DNA of 37,530 nucleotides, taken from positions 1 to 37,530 of IMG/VR virus record IMGVR_UViG_3300037462_000666; one strand, written 5' to 3'. The DNA comes from a virus (Duplodnaviria > Caudoviricetes). Positions 9,743-17,940 of this stretch are shown one piece after another. A program made the translations under genes and the position numbers. The notes beneath the pieces were generated by a model that was not told the origin of the DNA, made no database searches, and saw only the letters and a list, made by a program, of their open reading frames with translations. Every line of letters starts with the position of its first letter. Within the stretch, counting starts at the first letter, position 1.

Positions 9743-10129
9743 TTTTGCCGGTGCCGCGCGATAGCCGCTGAAGAAGGCATCGAACGTCGCCTGCAGGAGC
9801 GTCAGGTGTGCAAACACCATCTCCTTCTGCTTGTCCGGCTCGAAGGCCGTGCCGTGGCCGTCGCCGATACCCTCGACCCCTTCCAGCACTTGGCCCAGCA
9901 CTTCGCGCTGGTACTGGGTGATTTCCAGCGTGGTGGCCAGCTTGCGGTTGCCGTCGTCATCGACCTCGCCGACATCGCGCACGCCATCGACGAACTCCAG
10001 GAACTTGTCCGGCTCGACGAACTTGAAGCGAGCGGTGAAGTCGCCCTCGTTGAACACGCCGGGCTTGTCGGTGGGCAGGCGCACCTTGACGGTGGTGGCG
10101 AAGGTGCTGGTCTGGGTGAGCTTGAGCAT
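9716..10129 (-). CDS. Tail assembly chaperone G (137 aa)
   Basis: GAGGA RBS; lies between tail tube and tape measure; ends with slippery A_AAA_AAC. Confidence 0.85.
   Translation of the reverse strand: MLKLTQTSTFATTVKVRLPTDKPGVFNEGDFTARFKFVEPDKFLEFVDGVRDVGEVDDDGNRKLATTLEITQYQREVLGQVLEGVEGIGDGHGTAFEPDKQKEMVFAHLTLLQATFDAFFSGYRAAPAKNSKRSPKR
9740..9746 (-). other. Programmed -1 ribosomal frameshift site A AAA AAC
   Basis: GCA AAA AAC in the G frame; -1 frame open to 9381. Confidence 0.85.
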
Positions 10130-10148
10130 GTCGGTCCTCGTGCTTGGG

Positions 10149-10178
10149 GAAAGGCGGCCGCGATCGCGCGCGGCCGCC
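10149..10178 (-). terminator. Hairpin/partial terminator after the tail tube gene
   Basis: 10-bp perfect stem GGCGGCCGCG/CGCGGCCGCC followed by TTTC. Confidence 0.5.
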
Positions 10179-10211
10179 GGATGTCGCGGTCTGGCCGCTG
10201 AGTGCGGCGGA

Positions 10212-11141
10212 TCAGGTGTAGGTGATCGAGTACTCGTCGCCGCCGGCACCGCTGGGCACCGCGGTGAACGGGATCTCGAATCCAGCGACGCCCTCGATAT
10301 CGATCGGTCGCGGGAATTCGAGCTGGGCGCGGATCGGTACCGAGACGTTCAAGCCCGCCGAGCGCGTGATCGTGTTGGTGATGGTGACGACGGTATGCGC
10401 GCTGGCGAGGGCCCACGGGTTCCAGGCCGCGAGCAGATCGTTCTTGACCACCTGCAGACTGCCGGCCGGCTTGCGGTCGTTCACGATCACCTGTCGGCTC
10501 TCGCTGGTCTCGATCAGCGGAATCGTGCCGTTCGCGTTGAGGCTCAGCTGGCGCGCGTGCACCGCTGTTGCGCCTACCTGACAGTTCCACGTTTCGGTCT
10601 CGATGGCAGGCGGAGTCTGGAACGCCGACCAGTCAATGCCGATCGGCGCTTCGCCGTCCTCAGGCATGACCAACAGGCCGGTCAGCTGCACGCTGCCCTT
10701 GGCGTACTCCTTGATGTTGAAGGCCATATCCATCGAGCCACGCACGCCCAGCATGCGGAAGCGAATTCCGGCCCAGTAGAAGTCAAAGGTCGCGCTCGGG
10801 ACGCCGGTGCTGATGGGCGCATAGACGGCGCTGGTGGTGGGCGTGAGCGTCTCGCTGTGACTGCAGATGCGCAGCAGCGCAGACAGCGGCGCTGCCGTAC
10901 CGGGTACAGCCGCGCCGATCAGGTCGACGTCCGCACGGAAGGTCACCCTCTTGCCCACCAGGACAAAGGGGTCGCCGCCGAAGTGCGGGCGATCAACTGG
11001 ACGCTCCAGCTTGTCGGCAGCAGGCTCGATGCTGCTGTTCATCAGCAACAGCGCGTTGGCGGCGGCGATGGTGGCGGCGACGCCGTAGGTGGTTTCGATG
11101 GCCAGCAGGCCGACGCGATCTTCAGAACTGCGGAAAGGCAT
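10212..11141 (-). CDS. Major tail tube protein (309 aa)
   Basis: LLAIETTYG N-terminal motif; position before the chaperones; no sheath gene present. Confidence 0.85.
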   Translation of the reverse strand: MPFRSSEDRVGLLAIETTYGVAATIAAANALLLMNSSIEPAADKLERPVDRPHFGGDPFVLVGKRVTFRADVDLIGAAVPGTAAPLSALLRICSHSETLTPTTSAVYAPISTGVPSATFDFYWAGIRFRMLGVRGSMDMAFNIKEYAKGSVQLTGLLVMPEDGEAPIGIDWSAFQTPPAIETETWNCQVGATAVHARQLSLNANGTIPLIETSESRQVIVNDRKPAGSLQVVKNDLLAAWNPWALASAHTVVTITNTITRSAGLNVSVPIRAQLEFPRPIDIEGVAGFEIPFTAVPSGAGGDEYSITYT

Positions 11142-11144
11142 GGG

Positions 11145-11384
11145 TTACTCCTTGATGCGGCCGCTGGTGCGCCGACGCGGCGCGGCTTCGATGGGCGGCA
11201 GTGCGGTGGCGCTGCCGTCGTGGACCTGCTCGGCCAGGTCGAGAACCTCCACTTCGCCCTCGACGTTCTGGATGGGGGTTTCCACCGAACCGGCATCGGC
11301 GGTTGTGGGTTGCAGGCAGGTCAGGCTGCCGTCCGGCTCGCGGCGGTAGCTGCCGCCGTCGCGCGGCATGGGAAGGGTGTTCAC
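11145..11384 (-). CDS. Small virion-module protein (79 aa)
   Basis: GTGA overlap with gp37; GGSY.R..DG.L motif common before tail tube genes. Confidence 0.65.
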   Translation of the reverse strand: MNTLPMPRDGGSYRREPDGSLTCLQPTTADAGSVETPIQNVEGEVEVLDLAEQVHDGSATALPPIEAAPRRRTSGRIKE

Positions 11385-11821
11385 TGGCGGACCTCCGCTC
11401 GGTACTTGGTTTCGTAGATCACCTGGCTGCAGAGCCAGCCGGTGGCGTAGAACTCGTCGCGGGCGCCGACGAAGTGCAATGCGCCGAAGCGCGTGAAGCT
11501 GTCGGGGCTCCAACCCATGAGCCGCGCGTCCACATCTGCCTGGAGGGCATCCATGACGCGGCGGGCCGAAGAGCCCGACTCGGCGGTGCCGGCATGGCTG
11601 ACGAACAGCACCACCTGCAGGCTCACGCGAATGTTCTGCAGCAGCACGCCGTTGCTGACGCCGATCGGCGGCTCGCCCTGGCGCTGATGAACTACGTAGG
11701 CCGCAGGCGCCGCGCGCGGCTTCTGCGCGATCGCCGTGGCGAGATCCGCCGCGTCGCCGATCAGCTTCAGCGCGCTGACTCCCTGCAGGCGCTCAATCGC
11801 AGAGGCAGTGGGGAAGCTCAC
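11381..11821 (-). CDS. Tail terminator / Mu gp37-like
   Basis: Position; PAAYVV and LMGWSP motifs. Confidence 0.8.
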   Translation of the reverse strand: MSFPTASAIERLQGVSALKLIGDAADLATAIAQKPRAAPAAYVVHQRQGEPPIGVSNGVLLQNIRVSLQVVLFVSHAGTAESGSSARRVMDALQADVDARLMGWSPDSFTRFGALHFVGARDEFYATGWLCSQVIYETKYRAEVRQ

Positions 11822-12339
11822 AGCGCGTCCAAGCTGTCGCGCGAAAACATGCGCGGCTTCGAGGTGTAGCGAATCGGCCCCGTGTCCTCGGCATCCGGGT
11901 CAGAGTTGCCGGGCGCCAGGGGATCGTTGGCACCCAGGCTGAGCTGGCCAGCTGCAACGCGTTCCAATGCGGCACGTGCCTCGCGGTAGTCGCGCTCGAT
12001 GCGGCCCAGCTCCGTGTTGGCGCGCTCGCGTGACAGGTGGACGTGGTAACGGGCAATCGCTCGCCCCCACGTGCCGAGCACCGGGAAGTCCACCGCGTCG
12101 AGCGGCAGCTCATAGCCGCGCTGCGCGAGGTAGGCCTCAACCTCACCGCTGGCGCGCCCGCAGGCATCGAGCACAGCAGCCAGCCCCGCGTCCGCCGCAT
12201 CGATCTCAGCAGCGCTGTAGGCGCTGCGATCGCCGCCCGAGAGCGTCAGCTGCCACAGCTCCAGCGGCAGCTCGAAGAGCTGGGCCAGCTCCAGGCTGGC
12301 GCCGGCTCCGGTCGAGAGTTGGGCGGGGGTGATGTACAC
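11818..12339 (-). CDS. Head-tail adaptor, Mu gp36 (DUF1320)
   Basis: MYIT start; ASGEVEAYL..RGYELPL; IARYHV; Y..A...LE.VA.G.LSLG. Confidence 0.9.
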   Translation of the reverse strand: MYITPAQLSTGAGASLELAQLFELPLELWQLTLSGGDRSAYSAAEIDAADAGLAAVLDACGRASGEVEAYLAQRGYELPLDAVDFPVLGTWGRAIARYHVHLSRERANTELGRIERDYREARAALERVAAGQLSLGANDPLAPGNSDPDAEDTGPIRYTSKPRMFSRDSLDAL

Positions 12340-12342
12340 GGA

Positions 12343-12795
12343 TCAGGCCTTCGGCTTTGAAGTCTTCGCGGGCGCCTTCTTGGCAGGCGCCTTGGTGACT
12401 CGGCTTGGGGCGCTGGAGGCCGGTGCGACCGACCCGTGTCCAGCGCCCTCGCCACGGCTGCCGCTGTCGGCGTTGGGGGGAACGCCGCCAGCGGTTCCGG
12501 ATGTGGTCGAGCCCTCCGGCGTCGCCTCCGAGGTGGGCTTGCCGCCCACAGCCGTCGACTCACGGCTGCGGGAAGCTTTCGCGTCAGACCGCAACGCATC
12601 GCCCTCTCTCTGCGGGTTGTTCGAGTCCTCGCGCTCTGCGCTGTCCGCGACCTCGACCAGGTGCGGGTCAGCGAGCAGCAGCTCGATGCGCGGGTGGTCG
12701 GCCGGCACCGCCGTGGCCTGCGGACCGAACTTGATGCCGCCGCGGAAGTAGCGCGTATGTGCGGCGTTGCGGGTGCGGAAGAAGCGCTGGGACAT
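12343..12795 (-). CDS. Mu gp35/HI1506-like protein with low-complexity tail
   Basis: FRGGIKF...LLADPHLVEV motif; directly after the major capsid gene; GGAG RBS. Confidence 0.7.
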   Translation of the reverse strand: MSQRFFRTRNAAHTRYFRGGIKFGPQATAVPADHPRIELLLADPHLVEVADSAEREDSNNPQREGDALRSDAKASRSRESTAVGGKPTSEATPEGSTTSGTAGGVPPNADSGSRGEGAGHGSVAPASSAPSRVTKAPAKKAPAKTSKPKA

Positions 12796-12860
12796 GGGGG
12801 TCTCCTGCAGGCCGGCGACGCTTACGCACCGCCGGCCAGGTCAGTCGGTGAGGGCTCGGG

Positions 12861-13757
12861 TCAGGTCCAATCGCTGACGAGCAGCTCGGCAGTGCCGCCC
12901 CACTCGTTGCCGCCGTTCTCGTCCTTCACCAGCAGCTTGCGGGCGACGCTTTCGAGCGAAGACGGCACCACCAGCAGGTTCGGCCGAATGCCCAGGGGGC
13001 GGCCGCCATCGGCCTTGATGTCGCGCATCGCGGCGCGCGCGGCGCCGTAGTTGTCAGGCGTCAGTGCCTGGTTGCTGCGGTAGGCCATCTGCCAGAAGCC
13101 AAAGCCGGCGTTGTGGCGTGCGCGAACGCCGTAGCGGTACTCGTCGTTGGTGAACACGCCTTCGTCGTTGCGGTCGGTCATGGCCTGCAGATCAGCCGCC
13201 GCGCGCACCTGGAGGATGAGCGGCTTCAGCGCCCGGCTGACGTCGAGCAGGTACCAGTTCGGTCCAGTGCCGCTGGTGTTGACGTTGCTGATCGGGGTGA
13301 CGGCGCCGGTCCCATCGGTGTTCGCGTAGACCGGGTGATCCGTGTCGAAGAAGTTCTGGCCGTCGTAGCAGAGCGTGCTGCCACCGGCAGCCAGCAGCGC
13401 GAAAATCAGCTCATCCGGGTGCGACGCCGAGGCGCGGCCCATCTCGGCAAACAGCGGGCGATAGATGCCGAGGTTGTCGTCTTCGATGTCGGTGCGCTTC
13501 ACACCGACCGTCGCCTCGAAGGTTTTGTTGAGAATCTGGTAGGCGTCGGCCTGCATGTCCTTGATGACACGCGGGCCGATCCACTCACGCAGACTCGGGA
13601 ACTGACCCAGCCAGCCGTAGGTGTTGCCGGCGGTGGTGCTGGGCACCATCGTCGCGACCTTCTGCCAGTCGGTGGGGGTGGCATCGAAGGCGGCCTGGAA
13701 CTCGCCGCGGAAGCCCTGGAACAGGGCCGTAATCAGTGCATTGGTGATGAGAGCCAT
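12861..13757 (-). CDS. Major capsid protein, Mu gpT family
   Basis: YGWLGQFPSLREWIG, CYDGQNFFDTDHPV, GFGFWQMAY. Confidence 0.97.
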   Translation of the reverse strand: MALITNALITALFQGFRGEFQAAFDATPTDWQKVATMVPSTTAGNTYGWLGQFPSLREWIGPRVIKDMQADAYQILNKTFEATVGVKRTDIEDDNLGIYRPLFAEMGRASASHPDELIFALLAAGGSTLCYDGQNFFDTDHPVYANTDGTGAVTPISNVNTSGTGPNWYLLDVSRALKPLILQVRAAADLQAMTDRNDEGVFTNDEYRYGVRARHNAGFGFWQMAYRSNQALTPDNYGAARAAMRDIKADGGRPLGIRPNLLVVPSSLESVARKLLVKDENGGNEWGGTAELLVSDWT

Positions 13758-13814
13758 GAGGAGCCTCTAGCGGTTGCGTGGTGGGGCGTGTGGTGGCGCG
13801 GCGTTCGCGAGGAG

Positions 13815-14309
13815 TCAGGCGCTTTCGAGGCGCTTGGCGTATTCCTCGGGCTTCAGCCCCAGGAGGCGTGCTGCCTGCAGCTGCTCCGCGTTGAGCGCGG
13901 TCTTGGTGGCAGCGGGCGGGCGGCCCTCGATACCGGCGTCGGGGGCGATCACCGGCGCGCTGGCCACGAAGGCCTGGAAGCGCTCCAGCCCGGCGCGATC
14001 GCTGCAGGAGGCGCGGTGGTACTCGACCGAGGTCGGGGCGATCTTGCGAGCCTGCAGAGCGCCGTCGATCGCGGCATCCACCGCAGTCTTGTGGGCGTCC
14101 GCATCGCGCTGGCGCAGCTGCTGCTCGGCGTTGGTCGCACGCTGCAGCACCTGGTCGTAGTCGGCGCGCGGCACGTAGCGCTCCAGGTTGTTGGCCTCCC
14201 GATTCGTCGCCGTCTTCAGCGACTCGATGGCGGTCAGGGCGGTTGCTTCGTCGGCATCGGCGGACACGCCAAGGGCGGCCGCCAGGGCGGCGGTCAGGCT
14301 GAGCTTCAT
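13815..14309 (-). CDS. Scaffold protein Z (in-frame internal start within protease I)
   Basis: CAGGAG RBS 7 nt before in-frame ATG 14309 (MKLSLTAALAAALG); same I/Z arrangement as Mu. Confidence 0.7.
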   Translation of the reverse strand: MKLSLTAALAAALGVSADADEATALTAIESLKTATNREANNLERYVPRADYDQVLQRATNAEQQLRQRDADAHKTAVDAAIDGALQARKIAPTSVEYHRASCSDRAGLERFQAFVASAPVIAPDAGIEGRPPAATKTALNAEQLQAARLLGLKPEEYAKRLESA

Positions 14310-14786
14310 GGGTTGCTCCTGGTTGAGGGCTTGCAGCGGCAAGTTGGGCGTGTTGGTCAGCCCGGCAGACACCAGCCGCACGATGCGGCCCGTGTTGGGA
14401 TCGAAGTCGAAGACGGGGCTGATGTAGCGGTACTCGCGGGCCAGCACCTGGTCGTGGCCGCGGTCGGTCCACTGCACGTCAGCCCACAGGGCACCGCCGC
14501 GGACGTTGAGCGCAGTGATCCAGCCAGCCGCGGGCGCGGCCTCACCACGCGGCGCGCGGTGCTGGGTGGCGTGTTCCCAATCGATGGGCAGCTCGACGCC
14601 GCGCGCTTCGAAGGCCTGGAGAACAGCATCAATCGAAGGCTGGTCGAAGGTCCACTCGCGGCCGTCGCGCCCCCGCACAGTGGGGCCAGCCGGAATCAGT
14701 GGGATGGCACCGGGGACGCCTGGCGCTTCGCCGGCGGCGAGCAGGCCGAGTTCGGTGCAGAGAGCGAGAGTGGTTGCGCGGTGCAT
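13815..14786 (-). CDS. Mu-like prohead protease I (with C-terminal scaffold)
   Basis: LPIDWEH, APAAGWI, YRYISPVF, SAGLTNTPNL. Confidence 0.95.
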   Translation of the reverse strand: MHRATTLALCTELGLLAAGEAPGVPGAIPLIPAGPTVRGRDGREWTFDQPSIDAVLQAFEARGVELPIDWEHATQHRAPRGEAAPAAGWITALNVRGGALWADVQWTDRGHDQVLAREYRYISPVFDFDPNTGRIVRLVSAGLTNTPNLPLQALNQEQPMKLSLTAALAAALGVSADADEATALTAIESLKTATNREANNLERYVPRADYDQVLQRATNAEQQLRQRDADAHKTAVDAAIDGALQARKIAPTSVEYHRASCSDRAGLERFQAFVASAPVIAPDAGIEGRPPAATKTALNAEQLQAARLLGLKPEEYAKRLESA

Positions 14787-14792
14787 GGGGCG

Positions 14793-14837
14793 ATGATTCG
14801 CCCCAGCGCCTAGCTCTTGAGTTTCAGCGCCCTGACA
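14793..14837 (-). promoter_or_regulatory. Late promoter 2 (Mor/C-type dyad plus -10) for the head-tail block
   Basis: TGTCAGGGCGCTGAAAC-N22-AATCAT, same geometry as 28895..28939. Confidence 0.65.
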
Positions 14838-14915
14838 TGCGCGGGAGATTGTTCGGCGGGAGACTCACGCCGAGTCGCGCGCATGATCCGCGGCAAAGCA
14901 CTGACCGTCAACGCG

Positions 14916-15374
14916 TCAAGAGGACTTGTGCTGTAGTGAAACGAACGGCGTCATGCAGACGGCAGTCATCCCAACCGACGCAGCGCAGGCCACGATTGTC
15001 CACTGCAGACGCCAAAATGAAACTGCGCCGAAGAAGAGCGACATGCTCAAGCAGAACGTGATCGCTAGCACCACGATCGTGGAAACGATAAAGATCTGCG
15101 TGGTCCGAAGATGCCCTCGCTGCTTGAACTGACGTAGCGCACGCGACTCCTTCAGGGTCACGAAGATTGCAAGAACGGCGGTGAGAAACCCCAGGAGCGT
15201 GAACGAACCGCTCGCTAGGGTGCTCGCCAGTGTTGGCAGACGATCGGGCGCAGCTGCGCTTTCGACCAACGATCGCCAAGCCGCCCACCAGCTAAGGCTT
15301 AGCACCGCCAGAGCTGGGGAAGTTCCAAGCAAACCCAGCAGCAGCAAGACTGTCGCATCGACTGAAGTCTTCAC
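14916..15374 (-). CDS. rexB: RexB-like multi-TM exclusion membrane protein
   Basis: ~150 aa, ~4 hydrophobic segments; LASTLASGSFTLLGFLTAVL...SRALRQFKQRGHL parallels remembered lambda RexB; directly after the rexA homolog. Confidence 0.75.
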   Translation of the reverse strand: MKTSVDATVLLLLGLLGTSPALAVLSLSWWAAWRSLVESAAAPDRLPTLASTLASGSFTLLGFLTAVLAIFVTLKESRALRQFKQRGHLRTTQIFIVSTIVVLAITFCLSMSLFFGAVSFWRLQWTIVACAASVGMTAVCMTPFVSLQHKSS

Positions 15375-16221
15375 TTTCGCGGAACTCCAAGAGGCGTGCC
15401 TGGAGCACGCGGTTCAGACGGGCCTTCTCGGCGATCTCTGCCGCGATATCAAAGTCAGCATCAGCCGTGATGTTGTCCCGAATACCGCCTGCTCCGACGA
15501 TTGTGAACTCGCCAAGCCGGTCCGCCAACTCGATCTTCGCCCGGGCATCGAGACCCGCAATGTCGCTTGCATCCAAGGTGTTTAGGACACCGCGCAAGAC
15601 CTCGCGATTGTTCGCTCCGCGCTTCGAGGGCTTGAAGGTAACCTCGATCTCGCCTAGATCCATGGTCTGCACGTCACCACCGCCCGCCAAGAGCTGGGTC
15701 ATGCGGTCCCAGGCGCCGGACTTAACGGGGATCTCGACGCTGAAGGACGAGACGACCGATAGATTCTGAGCCTCATCCCTGCCCAGCTCGTGGGTTAGCG
15801 CGCGAAGTCTGTACTCGAACTCCAAGCCCAACGCCTCCAGCACCCTGTTGACGAAGTTGGAGAATCGTGGGCTCCGAGGCGACAAGACGCGCGTGGCGAA
15901 GCCTACGAAGTCCCTCTCAACCAAGACGTAAGACGCGAAGCCGACCGAGTCGTCCGCGTCTAGCGCCGCACCGATGTCAGCCACCTCCAACGTCTTTCGC
16001 TGAATGCGCTTGATTGCCTCTTGATCCCGGGTTTGGACGAAGAGGTAGACGTCTTCGCGCAACGGCAGGAGGTAAAGCAGCTCCCCTGCGTGCAGAAACT
16101 TACCTTTGAACTCGGCGTTATCCCAGGCAACGAACTCCCGGAAGAACGGGCGCATGTCAGTCTGGATCTTCTCGTTCTGTCGCTTGCTTTCGAGATACGA
16201 AGCGAAGTAGCTCGCCTTCAT
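15292..16221 (-). CDS. rexA: RexA-like exclusion sensor protein (~309 aa)
   Basis: GGAGG RBS; YLFVQTRD...DDSVGFASYVLVERDFVGFA...P and RAK.E..D.L.E...G align with remembered lambda RexA. Confidence 0.82.
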   Translation of the reverse strand: MKASYFASYLESKRQNEKIQTDMRPFFREFVAWDNAEFKGKFLHAGELLYLLPLREDVYLFVQTRDQEAIKRIQRKTLEVADIGAALDADDSVGFASYVLVERDFVGFATRVLSPRSPRFSNFVNRVLEALGLEFEYRLRALTHELGRDEAQNLSVVSSFSVEIPVKSGAWDRMTQLLAGGGDVQTMDLGEIEVTFKPSKRGANNREVLRGVLNTLDASDIAGLDARAKIELADRLGEFTIVGAGGIRDNITADADFDIAAEIAEKARLNRVLQARLLEFRESEDFSRCDSLAAAGFAWNFPSSGGAKP

Positions 16222-16336
16222 CATTTCCTCCGTGGCACTTGGGTTGGCGAAGCTCGACGCAGTTCGGCTCGAAAGCAGATTGCTCGGTCTTCGATGTGAG
16301 CGAGACAGCGATGACGTGGTCGCAGCGCTCTGCGCG

Positions 16337-16522
16337 CTATCGCTTGGGCAGCGACCTCTTCTCAGCGGTAGCTGCGGCTTCCTCCTGCGTGGCGAAACCG
16401 CTTTCCCCGTAGCCCGGCACGAGGTACGGGCCATCTGCGCCAACGCGCTGGATGTGCACCTCGCGGCCGCTGGGGCCGCGCACGTAGAGGTCGTGGATCA
16501 CGGGCTTGTCTTCGTTGCTCAT
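16337..16522 (-). CDS. Small hypothetical protein (61 aa)
   Basis: CAGGAG RBS; fills the gap in the leftward cassette. Confidence 0.55.
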   Translation of the reverse strand: MSNEDKPVIHDLYVRGPSGREVHIQRVGADGPYLVPGYGESGFATQEEAAATAEKRSLPKR

Positions 16523-16549
16523 TGCGCAGGCTCCTGGTTGGCCATCAAC

Positions 16550-17632
16550 TCATCCGTACTCCGCAACCGTCGCCTTCAACCTCGGCGCGAGACCAAAGAT
16601 GTCATCAAGCGACGCGATCTCGACTCGCTCTTCAACCTTGTCGGTGAACAGCCCTACGTAGCGCTTGCTCTGCGCGTTGAAGTGCAGGCGCGCGATCGGC
16701 TTGCGGTTGTTGTCGTCGAGCAGGATCGCGCAGTAGGACTTGGCGTCGCGCATCACCACGCGCTTCGCATCCACCACCTCGCGCAGGATGGCGCGGATGA
16801 TGTTGAAGCCCTCGCGCTCCTCGTCGGTGGTCACGATGTCCGCGACTTCTTCGACCGGGGCCGCGGCTGACAACGCTCGGCCATCGGGCAGCGGATCGAT
16901 GAGCGCGCCCGGTGCTGCATCCTCGCGCAGGGCGTTCTTCAGGCGGTCGCTGATGCGCTCGCGGATGAAGTCCGCGAAGGAGCGCTGCACGATGCCCTCG
17001 AACTGCTCACGCACGGCCTGCGTCATGCGGCCGTCGTAGATGCGTGAGGCGAACAGGCGCACGAACTCCTCGGACGGCTTAGCCAACTCCTCAGCGAGGA
17101 TCTTCTTGACCTGGTTGGTGTACTTGAGCGTCGCGGCGGCGCCGATGACGTTGCCGATATCGAATGCTTCGCGGGTGAACTTGCGCAGCTCATCCGCGTG
17201 GCTCTCGTTGAAGTCGAGCAGGTTGAAGACGAAGAACGGATGCTTGTCCATCTTGTTCGGCTCGTCGATGTCCGTATAGAACTGGTAGACGAGGCCGTTG
17301 GTCAGGATGGCGCAGCGCGCTTCGGTGACTGCGAAGTAGCGGAAGAGCTGCGAGGCATGCTCGATCACCAGCGCCTTGCCGTTCCACTTGCACTCGATGA
17401 GCATGATGATCTTGCCGTCCTTGCGCACGGCGTAGTCGACCTTCTCGCCCTTCTTGATGCCGACATCGGCGACGAACTCCGGCACCACCTCCTCCGGGTT
17501 GAAGACGTCGTAACCCAGCGCGCCGAGCATCGGCATGATGAAGGCGTTCTTGCACGCCTCCTCGGTCTGAATGCTCGCCGCCAGGCGGTTCGCACGCGCT
17601 GCGAGGTCTCGCAGCCGATCAATCAGGTCCAT
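16550..17632 (-). CDS. Solitary type I restriction HsdR_N-like PD-(D/E)XK nuclease (prophage Lp2 protein 6/COG4748-like, 360 aa)
   Basis: TEEACKNAFIMP, LGYDVFNPEEVVPE, EKVDYA, IECK, QLFRYF, ILTNG, LDDNNRKPI. Confidence 0.88.
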   Translation of the reverse strand: MDLIDRLRDLAARANRLAASIQTEEACKNAFIMPMLGALGYDVFNPEEVVPEFVADVGIKKGEKVDYAVRKDGKIIMLIECKWNGKALVIEHASQLFRYFAVTEARCAILTNGLVYQFYTDIDEPNKMDKHPFFVFNLLDFNESHADELRKFTREAFDIGNVIGAAATLKYTNQVKKILAEELAKPSEEFVRLFASRIYDGRMTQAVREQFEGIVQRSFADFIRERISDRLKNALREDAAPGALIDPLPDGRALSAAAPVEEVADIVTTDEEREGFNIIRAILREVVDAKRVVMRDAKSYCAILLDDNNRKPIARLHFNAQSKRYVGLFTDKVEERVEIASLDDIFGLAPRLKATVAEYG

Positions 17633-17940
17633 TCCGCATCTCCCCCTGTTTCGAGTCGAAGCCAGCCGTGCGGCAACGACGTGGAAACGGGGCGCGCAAC
17701 CTTGGGTTGCCGCCCCGCAGATTGCTGGCCTAACCCCACCAGCCTGACTGAGTGTCACGGTCACGCTCGCAAGCCGCGCCACGGCCGCCTGTGGGCGTCC
17801 ATGGACAGCCATGCAAGACTTGGGCGAGTCGTTGCCGCGGGTCGGACCTAGTGGGCCGCACAGGCGCGCACAGCGGGAGCAATTCACCCAGGCTGCAGAG
17901 CATTGCGCGACCAGCCAAGCAGCGATCGCGGTAGCTCAGT

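Noticed and set aside
3851-14813. Long + strand ORFs opposite the structural genes (e.g. 8547..9764, 9831..11417, 13113..14813)
   Set aside because: Antisense shadows typical of high-GC coding DNA; no motifs or RBS
14916-16224. Kiwa (KwaA/KwaB) assignment for the soluble plus TM pair
   Set aside because: Residue-level similarity and gene order fit lambda RexA-RexB better
16225-17887. Extended N-termini in the ORF track for rexA (16443) and the nuclease (17887)
   Set aside because: Downstream ATGs have RBSs and match the family N-termini; the extensions are low-quality sequence
17633-17940. ~300-bp gap in the immunity cassette as a hidden gene or ncRNA
   Set aside because: No convincing RBS-led ORF or stable structure identified; left unannotated
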